A DNA stretch of 64,000 nt from Cyanophyceae cyanobacterium (GTDB lineage: Bacteria; Cyanobacteriota; Cyanobacteriia; Cyanobacteriales; JBHJGN01), in assembly GCA_050331735.1 (NCBI GenBank), contig JBHJGN010000049.1, positions 1 through 64,000 of the forward strand, given 5' to 3'. The position numbers and the translations under genes are program-made. Of this stretch, positions 10,179 to 19,735 are shown in pieces. Every line of letters begins with the position of its first letter. Position 1 is the first letter of the stretch. The notes under the pieces are model-generated. The model saw only the letters and a program-made list of their open reading frames with translations. It was not told the origin of the DNA and ran no database searches.

Positions 10179-11666
10179 TTAGGTTTGTTGACGCTTCAAG
10201 GCGTATCCAGCGCCAATTCCAAAGGCAATGAAGCCGACAACGGCAGTCGGCTCCGGCACAGATGTCCTCGTTAGTTGAACGTTATCAACCAATAAGCCAG
10301 AATTGACCGCATCATCCTCAACATCCGTAACGCCAAGCCCAAGCTCATAAGTTCCTGACGCTGGGACGGTAAAAGAAAAAGTGCCATAGCCTGTTTCTGA
10401 TTCAAAAGAAGATAGAGAACTCATAAATGGAGACGAGTAAGCGTCTGCTAGTTTTGAGAGGCTAGTAACGGAGACAAAGGCAAAATCGTTGAATACCTGT
10501 TCGGGCACCTGTTCATCGGTGAGAAAATTAAAGTCAAACGTCAGGATATCTCCCGCCTGGGCTGTAAACTCTTGCAAAATGGCAGACCCTTCAATCGCCT
10601 CACCATTTCCTAATTCTCTCAAGCCGTTGGCTGCTAAACCGAGAAAAGCTTCTAATGATGAAGCCGGAACGGCATTTTGCCCCGTTGTCAATAAAGCCTG
10701 ATACAGTCCTTCTGTCCCTTGGCTGTTGCTGAAGAGGAAGTTCTCAATGCTGGTTTGACCGAGGGTGTTCCAGCCAGTAAAATCGCCCGTTTCAAACCCG
10801 CTATTCACCAAGAATGAATTGGACGTGGGCAAAGGAGAAATAGTCTCTAGGGAAAGCCTATAAAAACCAGACTCGCTGTCATTGCCCACAAAGTTAGCGT
10901 CATCCAGACCAGTCACGGCAACATTAAGCGAGCCATCGTCAGGGATAATGCCACGGACGATTCCCGTCCCATTGTCGGTTGTGAGCAGGCTACCATCCTC
11001 CGCAAATACCCCTAATAACGCATCAAACCCGGCTGGACTAATTTCTGCAGTAAAACCCTGGCTCGCTTCGCCAGCGGCAAACTCGAAAAAGTCTACATCT
11101 CCCCCCGAGAAGGTATTCGTTCCCAGGGTAATAAACAGCTCATAGTCTCCTGTTTGCAAATGATTGCCGTCGAAGTCAAAGTCGTCGAAGCCAGTGACTC
11201 CTAAATTAATCGTGCCATCTGCATTGACAGACCCCCCCAAGGCTGAGGCAAAGCCCCCGAATGGACTATCGTCGTCATCCGCGTTAATGAGCGTGTTCGT
11301 TTCATCAAAAGAGCCAAGAATAGTATCTACACCACTCGCCGTATTGTCGATTAAGGCAAAAAAGGAAGTAGATGGGGCTAATCCAGATACGGAGAAAAAG
11401 TCCACCTCTTCAGATGTTAGGCGCTCTGAAAAATTAAAATCAGCGTCGATTTCTGGGCGAAGTTCTCCCCTGACACTCGTAATCTCGGACGGCAAAAAGT
11501 CGCGATCGCTAAAGGCATCGTTAGGTTCAGATTCGGTCACTTGAGCTTGCTCCAAGCAGCAGCCGGAGATTTCTCCGGCTGAACCTTGAGCTTGTGCTGA
11601 ACCTGCTGTGAGTAAACCTAATAGAAGGGGGCCAACAACTAAGCTGGAGTTGTGCTTGAAAGTCAT
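10179..11666 (-). CDS. Secreted acidic PEP-CTERM protein with two PPC-like beta-sandwich repeats
   Basis: Start reassigned to ATG 11666 (signal peptide MTFKHNSSLVVGPLLLGLLTAGSAQA); 'ESEPND' motif; two 'DVDFF...D.LG.F' repeats; 'NSGFETGDFTGW'; C-terminal 'VPEP'-TM-basic tail. Confidence 0.85.
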   Translation of the reverse strand: MTFKHNSSLVVGPLLLGLLTAGSAQAQGSAGEISGCCLEQAQVTESEPNDAFSDRDFLPSEITSVRGELRPEIDADFNFSERLTSEEVDFFSVSGLAPSTSFFALIDNTASGVDTILGSFDETNTLINADDDDSPFGGFASALGGSVNADGTINLGVTGFDDFDFDGNHLQTGDYELFITLGTNTFSGGDVDFFEFAAGEASQGFTAEISPAGFDALLGVFAEDGSLLTTDNGTGIVRGIIPDDGSLNVAVTGLDDANFVGNDSESGFYRLSLETISPLPTSNSFLVNSGFETGDFTGWNTLGQTSIENFLFSNSQGTEGLYQALLTTGQNAVPASSLEAFLGLAANGLRELGNGEAIEGSAILQEFTAQAGDILTFDFNFLTDEQVPEQVFNDFAFVSVTSLSKLADAYSSPFMSSLSSFESETGYGTFSFTVPASGTYELGLGVTDVEDDAVNSGLLVDNVQLTRTSVPEPTAVVGFIAFGIGAGYALKRQQT

Positions 11667-12259
11667 CGGAGTTTCGCCTCTTTGATGAGAAATTGAAAAA
11701 ATTATATATTTTGCGGCAAATTGCATCAATATGGCAATTTGGTGGCAATCATAGATTCTCTTAAGAAGCACGATTAAATCAACATCTCTGTGCCTTAAAA
11801 GGTCATCACTATAGTCATAATGAACCGAAAAAGTTGCCGTAGCTTTAAAAGTCATTATCCAAGTCACAAGAATAGAAAAACATGAGCTTACCTAAAACAA
11901 ATCGAATTATTAAAGCGGCATAGTTGTTCAAAAAATGTAGTAAAAAACACAAAATTAATCTTTTAAAACTTTATGTCTTTATTTGGACGTGAATGACAAA
12001 ATTTTTGAGTTAAACGGTGACAAATATGAGCTTAGAAGGACAGTGTAGGCAGCCGAAACTTACTGCCACATTGAGCTTGCACCAGGTGATTCTTTGACGG
12101 TTGAGCGCCTGCCCTCCTGCCAAACTGACTAGCCTCCTTCAACTGAACTAAGTCCACAAGCATATCATGAGCAATGTGGATTCATTACGCCTCTTTCATT
12201 TGCACTCCTATCAGCAATAAGATGAGTAATAAATTAATGCTGGGGAAGAGAGTTATCTA

Positions 12260-13696
12260 ATGAGCTTTTTTGAGAAATTGACTAAGGCGATCGCCCGCAA
12301 CCAAAGCCTACTCGTTGTTGGTCTCGACCCCAACCCAGAAATGCTGCCCCAGCGGTACGGTGCCAACGAAAACGACAGGCTCGCGTGTTTGCAAGACTGG
12401 CTCTACTCTGTCATTACCCAGACAGGCGATCGCGTGTGTGCCTACAAGCCCACGCTGGGGTTTTATCAAGCCCTGGGTACACCGGGTTTAGAGCTGCTGT
12501 CGGCAGTGCTACAGCTCATCCCCGCAGCAGTTCCGGTGATTCTCGATGCCAAGCATGGCGACCTCAACACCAGTACCGCCTTTGCTCAAACCGCCTTTGA
12601 ACAGTGGCAGGTCGATGCAATTACCCTCAGCCCCTACAGCGGGCAAGACTGTGTCGCGCCCTTCTTGGTGTACTCGACCAAGGGAGTATTTATTCTCTGC
12701 CGTACCTCCAACCCCGGTGCTGTTGCGCTTCAGGAATATCCCAGTCCCGATGCTCCTTTTTATCTCCAGGTGGTGGAAACCGCGAAAACCTGGGGAACGC
12801 CCGAGCAGCTTTATTTAGAAGTCGGCACGACCAACGTTGAGATATTGACGAAAATTCGGGCGGCGGCGCCCGAACGAACGCTCCTCCTGCGCAGTATCTG
12901 GAAAGAGGAGGGCCATTTCCCCCAAATTTTAGCAGCCGGACTCAATCGTAGCGGCGAGGGGTTGCTCGTGCCAGTTCCTCAAGATTGGCTCGGACAAGAG
13001 CAGCTAGCTGCTAACGTCGCTTCTCTGAACGCCACCGTTAATCGAATTAAAAACGAGGTCAAACAGCAAGACTCTAGCTGCGACCTCTGGATGCCGAATA
13101 TCTGCTTGCTCAATCGCCATCCCCAACAAGATCTGATTTTACAGCTTTACGACATTGGCTGTATTCTCTTCGGCGAATACGTTCAGGCTTCTGGAGCCAC
13201 ATTTTCGTACTACATTGACCTGCGCAAAATTATCTCGAAGCCGCAAATCTTTCATCAGGTACTCAAAGCGTACGCTAAAATTCTCCAGGAGCTATCCTTC
13301 GACCGCATTGCCGGCATTCCCTACGGTTCTCTCCCCACGGCCACTGGACTGTCTTTAAACCTCAACCACCCGATGATTTTTCCCCGGAAAGAAGTAAAAG
13401 CTCATGGCACTCGCCGCCTGATTGAGGGCCACTTTGAACCGGGAGAAAAAGTTGTTGTTGTAGACGATATTCTCATCTCTGGCAGTAGCGCCATGGAAGG
13501 AGCAGCCAAGCTGCAATCGGCTGGACTAAAAGTGGAAGACATCGTTGTGTTTCTTGACCACGAGGGGGGCGTCATGGACAGGCTGCGGGCCAATGGCTAT
13601 CGCGGACATTCTGTTCTCTCTATATCAGAGGTAACAGATACGCTCCACGCCGCAGGACGCATCGATGATGAGCAGCTACAGCGCCTTCAGAATTAA
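12260..13696 (+). CDS. pyrF/pyrE: Bifunctional orotidine-5'-phosphate decarboxylase / orotate phosphoribosyltransferase
   Basis: N-half 'VGLDP', 'YKP', 'DAKHGD', 'RTSNPG'; C-half 'YYIDLR', 'RKEVKAHG', PRPP loop 'VVVVDDILISGSS'. Confidence 0.93.
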   Translation: MSFFEKLTKAIARNQSLLVVGLDPNPEMLPQRYGANENDRLACLQDWLYSVITQTGDRVCAYKPTLGFYQALGTPGLELLSAVLQLIPAAVPVILDAKHGDLNTSTAFAQTAFEQWQVDAITLSPYSGQDCVAPFLVYSTKGVFILCRTSNPGAVALQEYPSPDAPFYLQVVETAKTWGTPEQLYLEVGTTNVEILTKIRAAAPERTLLLRSIWKEEGHFPQILAAGLNRSGEGLLVPVPQDWLGQEQLAANVASLNATVNRIKNEVKQQDSSCDLWMPNICLLNRHPQQDLILQLYDIGCILFGEYVQASGATFSYYIDLRKIISKPQIFHQVLKAYAKILQELSFDRIAGIPYGSLPTATGLSLNLNHPMIFPRKEVKAHGTRRLIEGHFEPGEKVVVVDDILISGSSAMEGAAKLQSAGLKVEDIVVFLDHEGGVMDRLRANGYRGHSVLSISEVTDTLHAAGRIDDEQLQRLQN

Positions 13697-13804
13697 TAGC
13701 CTCACCAGGCTAGCAACCAGTTACCAAGATTTGTCAACAAGATTAAATGTTCAGCTCCAGCTCGAGCGTTCTACTGGTACCTGCTCGCCGAGCGCTGAAA
13801 ACTG

Positions 13805-14560
13805 TTAAATTCCCGCTCCATCAAAAAACTCTCTAAACTCTTTATCTTTAAGATGGCAACAGTCGCCCGTTGAGTCGGCATCAGCACTGACAGTTGCTAA
13901 AGACTGCTCTCCTAGATGAGGCTGTGGCGATTGCTGTAGTTCCTGCATCTGCTCTTCTAGGGATTCGATGCGGTCAACTAAGGCACGGATTACCGTTGCT
14001 TCTGAATCCGGTAGGTTCCCATGTTCGAGAGGATTAACCCGGACACCAGAACGGTAAATAACGCGACCAGGAACGCCAACCACGGTGCAGTCTGAAGGCA
14101 CATCTCGCAGCACGACTGAGCCAGCACCAATGCGAACATTATTGCCAATGTAGAGATTCCCCAGCACTTTGGCCCCGCTGCCGACAACCACGTTTTCCCC
14201 AAGCGTCGGGTGTCTCTTCCCGCTTTCTTTACCGGTTCCGCCGAGGGTAACGCCTTGATAAATAAGAGCGTAGTCGCCAATGATGGCCGTTTCTCCCACC
14301 ACAACCCCCATACCGTGGTCGATAAAGACTCCCTTGCCAATTTGCGCTCCTGGATGAATTTCTACTCCCGTGAGGAAGCGGGCCAAATGGGAAATGAAGC
14401 GGGGAACGAAGGGCATGCCCAGTTTGTATAGCCAATGAGAGAGCCGATGAAACAGGAGGGCCTGCAAGCCGGGGTAGCAGAACAGAACTTCGAGCCAGTT
14501 ACGAGCAGCCGGGTCGCGTTCGAAGATTATTTGGAAATCTGCGAGCAGTAAAGAGAGCAC
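13805..14560 (-). CDS. cysE: Serine O-acetyltransferase
   Basis: 'ERDPAARN', 'EIHPGA', 'IDHGMG', 'TLGGTGKESGKRHPT' and hexapeptide repeats; GTG start. Confidence 0.96.
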   Translation of the reverse strand: MLSLLLADFQIIFERDPAARNWLEVLFCYPGLQALLFHRLSHWLYKLGMPFVPRFISHLARFLTGVEIHPGAQIGKGVFIDHGMGVVVGETAIIGDYALIYQGVTLGGTGKESGKRHPTLGENVVVGSGAKVLGNLYIGNNVRIGAGSVVLRDVPSDCTVVGVPGRVIYRSGVRVNPLEHGNLPDSEATVIRALVDRIESLEEQMQELQQSPQPHLGEQSLATVSADADSTGDCCHLKDKEFREFFDGAGI

Positions 14561-14650
14561 GGGGAAATTCTTGAGTTTTTCTCATTCATCACTGTCTATC
14601 TTATCGTTCAATCGGCCTTCTGAAACTAGATCTAATGGGGGAAACCCAAA

Positions 14651-15106
14651 CTACTGCACGGATAGCCGGTAGGTCCAGTAGCGCCTGGGTTCCATAGAGC
14701 CGACCCAAATTTTGTAAGTTCCGGCTTGCCAGTTTGGCTCGGTAATGCGGGCATCTCCGCTGCTGCTAAATTCACAGCGAAAATTTTTGTTCGGCCCCTG
14801 AATGACGAGGGTGGTATCGTGACCGCCACTGTCTACCTGAAGACTAAGCCGGGGAAAATGGTTTTTCAGCGTCAAGATGTGGTCCGGGTCCGGATCTCCG
14901 TAGCCAATGCACGGACGCTCGTGGCGATCGCGGTTAGCTAGCGACGATAGCGAATAGGCTCCGCCTGTATGCCCACTGACGACGGCGCTGGCTTGGTCAA
15001 ATCCCAGAGCGAGGGTTAACTGCCCGAAGCGAGCGCTTTGGGCGAGCGCTGGAGCTCCCCTGGGAAAAGCGGCCACGAGCATCATCAGACAACCAATCCA
15101 TCGCAT
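14651..15106 (-). CDS. Hypothetical secreted protein (small beta-sandwich, PPC-like)
   Basis: Signal peptide from ATG 15106 (MRWIGCLMMLVAAF...ALA); 'CIGY..PDH', 'DTTLVIQGP', 'GTYKIWVGS'. Confidence 0.7.
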   Translation of the reverse strand: MRWIGCLMMLVAAFPRGAPALAQSARFGQLTLALGFDQASAVVSGHTGGAYSLSSLANRDRHERPCIGYGDPDPDHILTLKNHFPRLSLQVDSGGHDTTLVIQGPNKNFRCEFSSSGDARITEPNWQAGTYKIWVGSMEPRRYWTYRLSVQ

Positions 15107-15215
15107 TTGCCGGCCCTCCCGTTTGTTCAAGTTCTGCTTGGCGACGCTGCACTGAAGGCGTTGTCTACTAGTTTACAAAACCACCTCTCCAACCGACTAG
15201 TCCTGTTTTGGCCAT

Positions 15216-15249
15216 AAAAATCCCCCTGCTTACCGGAGAAGCTGGGGGA
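15216..15249 (-). terminator. Probable intrinsic terminator of the porin gene
   Basis: TCCCCC...GGGGGA stem (15221-15249) followed on the minus strand by a T5 run, ~35 nt past the porin stop. Confidence 0.65.
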
Positions 15250-15282
15250 GAAAATTAAGCTGATGCCAAGACTATTTTCAGC

Positions 15283-17061
15283 TTAGAAATCGAAGGTGCC
15301 GCGAATTACGCCGACTAAGATAGGCGCGTTATCCGAGTTTTGATTCGGGTTAACGATGACGTAAGCACCCGGAGTAATCGTGATGTTGTCGTTGAGCGGG
15401 AAGCGGAACTGACCCTCAAAGAAAAGAGGCACCGAGTCAAAATCGCCTAACTCGTCAAAATCTTCGTTCCCCAGATCGTCACTAAGATCGACATCAGCAT
15501 CATCAACATCCAGATTGTACGGCGGAATACCGGCAATCAAACCCAAAACAGTTCCCTCTCTAAAGAGATCTAGAAAAGCAACGTTCACGGCAGCGGTGAG
15601 GATATTAGCATCCTCGTAATCAATATCCTCAAAGTTATTTTCAACGCTATCGCTGGACTCGACGTTTGCAAAAGCAAAGCCAAACCAGCCAGCAAGGTTG
15701 ATGCGCTCGCCAAGCTGGAAGCTAGCCTGAGCGCCAAGACGATGCGCTCTTGTTCCGGTACTGCCGAAGGGGGCATTCGCGAGGGCAGAACTGGTGGAAC
15801 CAGCGAGGTTAACATCAGCACCAGGCTGATAGGTGTAGGCATAGGTAAGAGCCGCTGCTAGCCTGTCGTTCGGCTCAAAATTGATCTGTGCGGCAGCCGC
15901 AAAGTCACCGTTGAAGAGACCTTCTTCTTCAACGGGCTCATTGCCACCATCAACCAAGTAAGCAATATCAAGACTGAGGGCCTCGCTGAAGGCGAAATTG
16001 ACTCCTAAACCTTGGTCAGTACTGAGTCGATAAACAAGCGGGTTACGACGAGCGAAGCGGCTGAGAGCACCGTTTCCACTACTTTCAAAGTAGGGGTTGA
16101 CAACGGAAGCAACCAGGTCGTCTAAATCGATGTCTTCGACCCCAACTATTACTCTAAATCGGTCTCCAATAGGAGTTTCGTAGAACGATTCCTGGAGGTT
16201 AACGTCGTTGTCTGTGGCTTCTTCAAAGCCAAGGCGAGTGGCATCGGAGCCAGTCACTTCGTCGAATTCAGGATTGTTACCAGCCTCTAGGCGAAGTCTT
16301 AAGCGATCTTCCCCGGTAAAGCTAGCCTCAAAGTTGAGGCGGACGCGATCGCTGAGAGTGGTAATGCTATCGATGTCGTCTAGGTCATCGGCGTCGTCCG
16401 GAACCAAACTGACTTCACCAAGCTCGTTAAACTCTAGGTCAATCGGCTGGTCTTCTCCGTCAATTGGAAACGGCGTGGCGATAGCGAAAATGGCTTCCCC
16501 GTCCAGTTTGGTTGTTGTCGAGAACTGGTTATCCTCTAAAAAAGCAACGCGACCTTCTAAATTGTCTACCCGCGCTCCAATCGTTGCTAGTTCTGCTTCA
16601 AACTCCTGCGCTAGCCGCTGCAAACGCTCGAGATCCTCAGGGGCAAGCCCGGTGCCGCTAGAAGCGATCAACCGCTCAATGGCGTTTAAACAAGAGTTCA
16701 AGCCAGCAGCAAACTCGTAGCGAGTGAGCGCTCGGTTGCCGCGATAGGTTTGATCTGGATAACCTTCAATACAGCCGTAGCGCTCCACTAAACTGCGTAG
16801 CGCTTCAAAGGCCCAGTCTCCAGGAGAAACGTCCCGTAACTGCTCGACGCTGGTTACCTGGTCGGAACTAGAGTCTTCGCTGTAGCGGTCAATCTGCTCA
16901 AGCAAGTCTTCTTCTGTTTCTGCTGCTTGAGCAATCAGCGTTTCAGCAGTCTCCACTTCCTTTGGCCCTACAGGAGCTGCCGCTACGCTGCTTGCCATTA
17001 GCAGAGAAGCGCTAATCATTGCAGGAGAAGCTTTGCATACTTGCCAGAATAGCTTTGTCAT
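15283..17061 (-). CDS. Cyanobacterial outer-membrane porin (SLH domain + OprB-type barrel; SomA/iron-uptake porin family)
   Basis: Signal peptide, 'QVTSVEQLRDV..DWAFEALRSLVERYGCI', 'TRYEFAAGL', 'QFSTTTKL', terminal Phe. Confidence 0.95.
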   Translation of the reverse strand: MTKLFWQVCKASPAMISASLLMASSVAAAPVGPKEVETAETLIAQAAETEEDLLEQIDRYSEDSSSDQVTSVEQLRDVSPGDWAFEALRSLVERYGCIEGYPDQTYRGNRALTRYEFAAGLNSCLNAIERLIASSGTGLAPEDLERLQRLAQEFEAELATIGARVDNLEGRVAFLEDNQFSTTTKLDGEAIFAIATPFPIDGEDQPIDLEFNELGEVSLVPDDADDLDDIDSITTLSDRVRLNFEASFTGEDRLRLRLEAGNNPEFDEVTGSDATRLGFEEATDNDVNLQESFYETPIGDRFRVIVGVEDIDLDDLVASVVNPYFESSGNGALSRFARRNPLVYRLSTDQGLGVNFAFSEALSLDIAYLVDGGNEPVEEEGLFNGDFAAAAQINFEPNDRLAAALTYAYTYQPGADVNLAGSTSSALANAPFGSTGTRAHRLGAQASFQLGERINLAGWFGFAFANVESSDSVENNFEDIDYEDANILTAAVNVAFLDLFREGTVLGLIAGIPPYNLDVDDADVDLSDDLGNEDFDELGDFDSVPLFFEGQFRFPLNDNITITPGAYVIVNPNQNSDNAPILVGVIRGTFDF

Positions 17062-17070
17062 CTGTAATCA

Positions 17071-17078
17071 CCTCACAC
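17071..17078 (-). promoter_or_regulatory. Putative Yfr1 sRNA target site overlapping the porin RBS
   Basis: Minus strand reads GTGTGAGG, ending 10 nt upstream of the ATG; complementary to the CCUCACAC core of the conserved Yfr1 motif ACUCCUCACAC. Confidence 0.55.
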
Positions 17079-17571
17079 CTAAAGTGAACTATTTTTTGAC
17101 ACGAAAGCCTATTAATGTAAGACCTGCTATAGTTACTGCCTGAAATTTTGTGCTTTTAGCTACTAAGGAGTTTTAATCCCTATGATATTGCAAAATATTA
17201 GATTCGACAATAAAGAATTGCAAAGTCGTTGAGCTACGCTCAGCGATTGATGCGGCAGCAAAACCTAGCCAGTCAGACATCAACCCCAGCAAATAGGGCT
17301 AAATGAACAAGTTCAGGCCTCTAATCCTACTAGATTTTGTTGACTGGAGCTGCCCTTCGAGAAGAAAATCATGTTTCAACGAGCGGAGCAGCCCATATTA
17401 CTAATATAAGTTTACAAGTTTATTGGCTATTAATGGTGAGGTAAGTATTCGGTTAAGTTTTACCGACAGCAGAAACGAACCGAGACACAAGCAGGAGAAA
17501 GCTTCAGAGGCAGCTAACGCTTGTAGGCGTTATGCACTGGCCCCTCAACCTTCTTGGAGGTACACAGAAAA

Positions 17572-18240
17572 CTAGCCCCGTTGGCCTGTTACTATATAAG
17601 AGACGCGCTGGCCAATATTAGTGGCGTGATCCGCCATTCTCTCTAGATGACGAATGACCAGTCCTAACAGGAGAATGGGCTCGACCACTCCTTCAATATC
17701 GCGCTGGTAAGCAAGCGTATGGTAGACCTGATCGTGAATATCATCTACCGTGTCGTCCAAATCTTTCACTGTTTTTCCTGCTGTCGCATCTAAATCGGCA
17801 AGAGCCACCAAACTGGTGGCCAACATGAGTTGAGCGTGCAAAGACATGGCTTCGATATCTGCCATGCACGGTTGAGGCGGATAAGCAAACAGTTTAACCG
17901 CTAATTCGATGAGATCTTCTGCATAGTCCCCAATGCGCTCTAAATCCCGCACGAGCTGCATAGAAGCACTCAGAATCCGCAGCTCCTGAGCCACCGGAGC
18001 CTGTAGGGTCATAATCGTGACGCAGTTGAGTTCGATCTGGCGGTAATACTGGTCGATTTCATCATCGAGAGCAGTAATTTTGTCCGCCACCTCAAGATTA
18101 CGAGCAAACAAGCATTGATGACTCAAGCGAAACGCTTCTTCAACGAGCGCTCCCATGCGGAGGACGTCTTGCTCTAAGCGTCTGATACTTCGCCGGAGGC
18201 GATCGCGTTCGGACCTGTCATTGTGAAAATAGAGGATCAC
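17572..18240 (-). CDS. phoU: Phosphate signalling protein PhoU (SphU)
   Basis: Two PhoU repeats: 'QAPVAQELR', 'DLERIGDYA', 'HLERMADHATNI'. Confidence 0.95.
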   Translation of the reverse strand: MILYFHNDRSERDRLRRSIRRLEQDVLRMGALVEEAFRLSHQCLFARNLEVADKITALDDEIDQYYRQIELNCVTIMTLQAPVAQELRILSASMQLVRDLERIGDYAEDLIELAVKLFAYPPQPCMADIEAMSLHAQLMLATSLVALADLDATAGKTVKDLDDTVDDIHDQVYHTLAYQRDIEGVVEPILLLGLVIRHLERMADHATNIGQRVSYIVTGQRG

Positions 18241-18299
18241 TGATAAAAGGCTCAGTTCAAACTAATTTAACTACAGTAATAACAAAAAAAATTGTTAAT

Positions 18300-19574
18300 T
18301 TACTGAGCTGGTAGTGTTACCTGTAGCCACCCTCCTCCTAACGGATGATTTTTAGCAGCAATCGAGCCGCCATGAGCTTGAACAATTTGCTGCACTATCG
18401 ATAGTCCTAAGCCACTGCCATGATGGTCAGCTTCAGTTTCAAGACGTGCTCTAGATGGTTCTCCCCGGTAGAGGCGCTTGAAAATATGGGGCAGATCGGC
18501 TTCAATAAAGCCACCTCCAGAATCAATTATATCAATCTGGATCTGAGGACGAGCACCGTCCTCAGAACTAGCCACACTCGTCACAGAAACATCAATGTTT
18601 CCCCCAGTCGAGCTATGCTTAATCCCATTATCAAACAAATTGAGAAATACCTGAGAGAGACGAGATGCATCTGCCTGAAGCAGGATAGATTCGGGTCCAG
18701 AGTAGTTTAAGGAAACCGCTTTTTTTTGCGCTAGCGGTGCTAACGTTTGCCAGCAGGAAAAAAGCACTTCCCGCAGTTCAACTGGTTGACAATCAAGATG
18801 CCGAGCCGGATCTTCATTGAGTTGACTAATTTCCAACCAGCTTTGCACCAATTGAATCAGGCGAGCCGTTTCCTGCTGCATTTGCTCCACCCAGCGTCGC
18901 TCTGAATTTTGGAGACGTTTTTCGAGAGCTTCGGCCACCAGCGCCATAGAGGTTAACGGGGTTCTCAACTCGTGGGCTAAATCGGAAAAAGCGCGATCGC
19001 GGGACTGAGATAGCTCCACTAACGGCTGTAAATTTTCCAGAAATACGCTGACATGACCTTGTGCCAACGGATAGCTAGAGGCTTTGAGGGTAAGTTGAGT
19101 CTTCTTATTTTTATCGTCTAAGCGGTGACTGGTGTTGTAATAGACCCATTCCCGAGTCTGAGGCTGTTGCCGTTTGCGGGTCTTTTCAATTAGCTGATCG
19201 AGTTCGTAGGAGCGCACTAACTCTAGCAGTAACCGCACCTGACCTTGCTGCCAGCGATCGATTTTGAGCAATTGACGCGAGTAAGCGTTACACCACAGCA
19301 GTTGGTTCTCTTCATCAACACGAAGATAGCCAATGGCAGCTTGGTCCAAAAGCCAGTACCAGGTTTGCAGTTCCTCCTCCCTCTGTTGGCAGTCAGCAAC
19401 AAGACGCACAACCTCCCGACGGACCAAAGACACACTCGACATTGAAGGCACCAGCTCGGCATTAGTTAACGAGCACAGCATCTGCCTCAACTGCTGTTTG
19501 AGCCGGTAACGATTCCAGCAGTCGATCCCTAGTCCTAGGAACACTCCAAAAACGAAGGCAAGAAGAGTAGTCAT
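18300..19574 (-). CDS. sphS: Phosphate-sensing histidine kinase SphS (PhoR-like)
   Basis: N-terminal TM, PAS-like region, H-box 'LAHELRTPL', N-box 'NLFDNGIKHS', G-box 'GSGLGLSIV'; between the phoB-like and phoU genes. Confidence 0.88.
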   Translation of the reverse strand: MTTLLAFVFGVFLGLGIDCWNRYRLKQQLRQMLCSLTNAELVPSMSSVSLVRREVVRLVADCQQREEELQTWYWLLDQAAIGYLRVDEENQLLWCNAYSRQLLKIDRWQQGQVRLLLELVRSYELDQLIEKTRKRQQPQTREWVYYNTSHRLDDKNKKTQLTLKASSYPLAQGHVSVFLENLQPLVELSQSRDRAFSDLAHELRTPLTSMALVAEALEKRLQNSERRWVEQMQQETARLIQLVQSWLEISQLNEDPARHLDCQPVELREVLFSCWQTLAPLAQKKAVSLNYSGPESILLQADASRLSQVFLNLFDNGIKHSSTGGNIDVSVTSVASSEDGARPQIQIDIIDSGGGFIEADLPHIFKRLYRGEPSRARLETEADHHGSGLGLSIVQQIVQAHGGSIAAKNHPLGGGWLQVTLPAQ

Positions 19575-19735
19575 TAGCTGCTAGTTTACTCCCATAAGGG
19601 GGTAGAGTATCGATTGCTGAAGTACCAAACAGGAGTGGCTAATGACTAAGCTGCATGTTTATAGCAGAGAACTAGGCTTGGCGAATCGCTTGTTTCGGCT
19701 CATCGCTAGCAGCTAGACGCTCTTTAGAGCAGGGA

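Noticed and set aside
11667..11867. N-terminal 67-aa extension of the 562-aa ORF in the track
   Set aside because: AT-rich promoter-like sequence; the signal peptide begins at ATG 11666. Similar over-extensions were trimmed for sphR, creatininase, tig, the GT4, nusB and ftsY
12260..13696. pyrF-pyrE fusion as a novelty
   Set aside because: This bifunctional arrangement is already known in cyanobacteria
17405..17460. Pho box (SphR site) upstream of the porin
   Set aside because: One good CTTAACC half-site on the minus strand (17451-17457), but the neighbours are degenerate and not cleanly at 11-bp spacing
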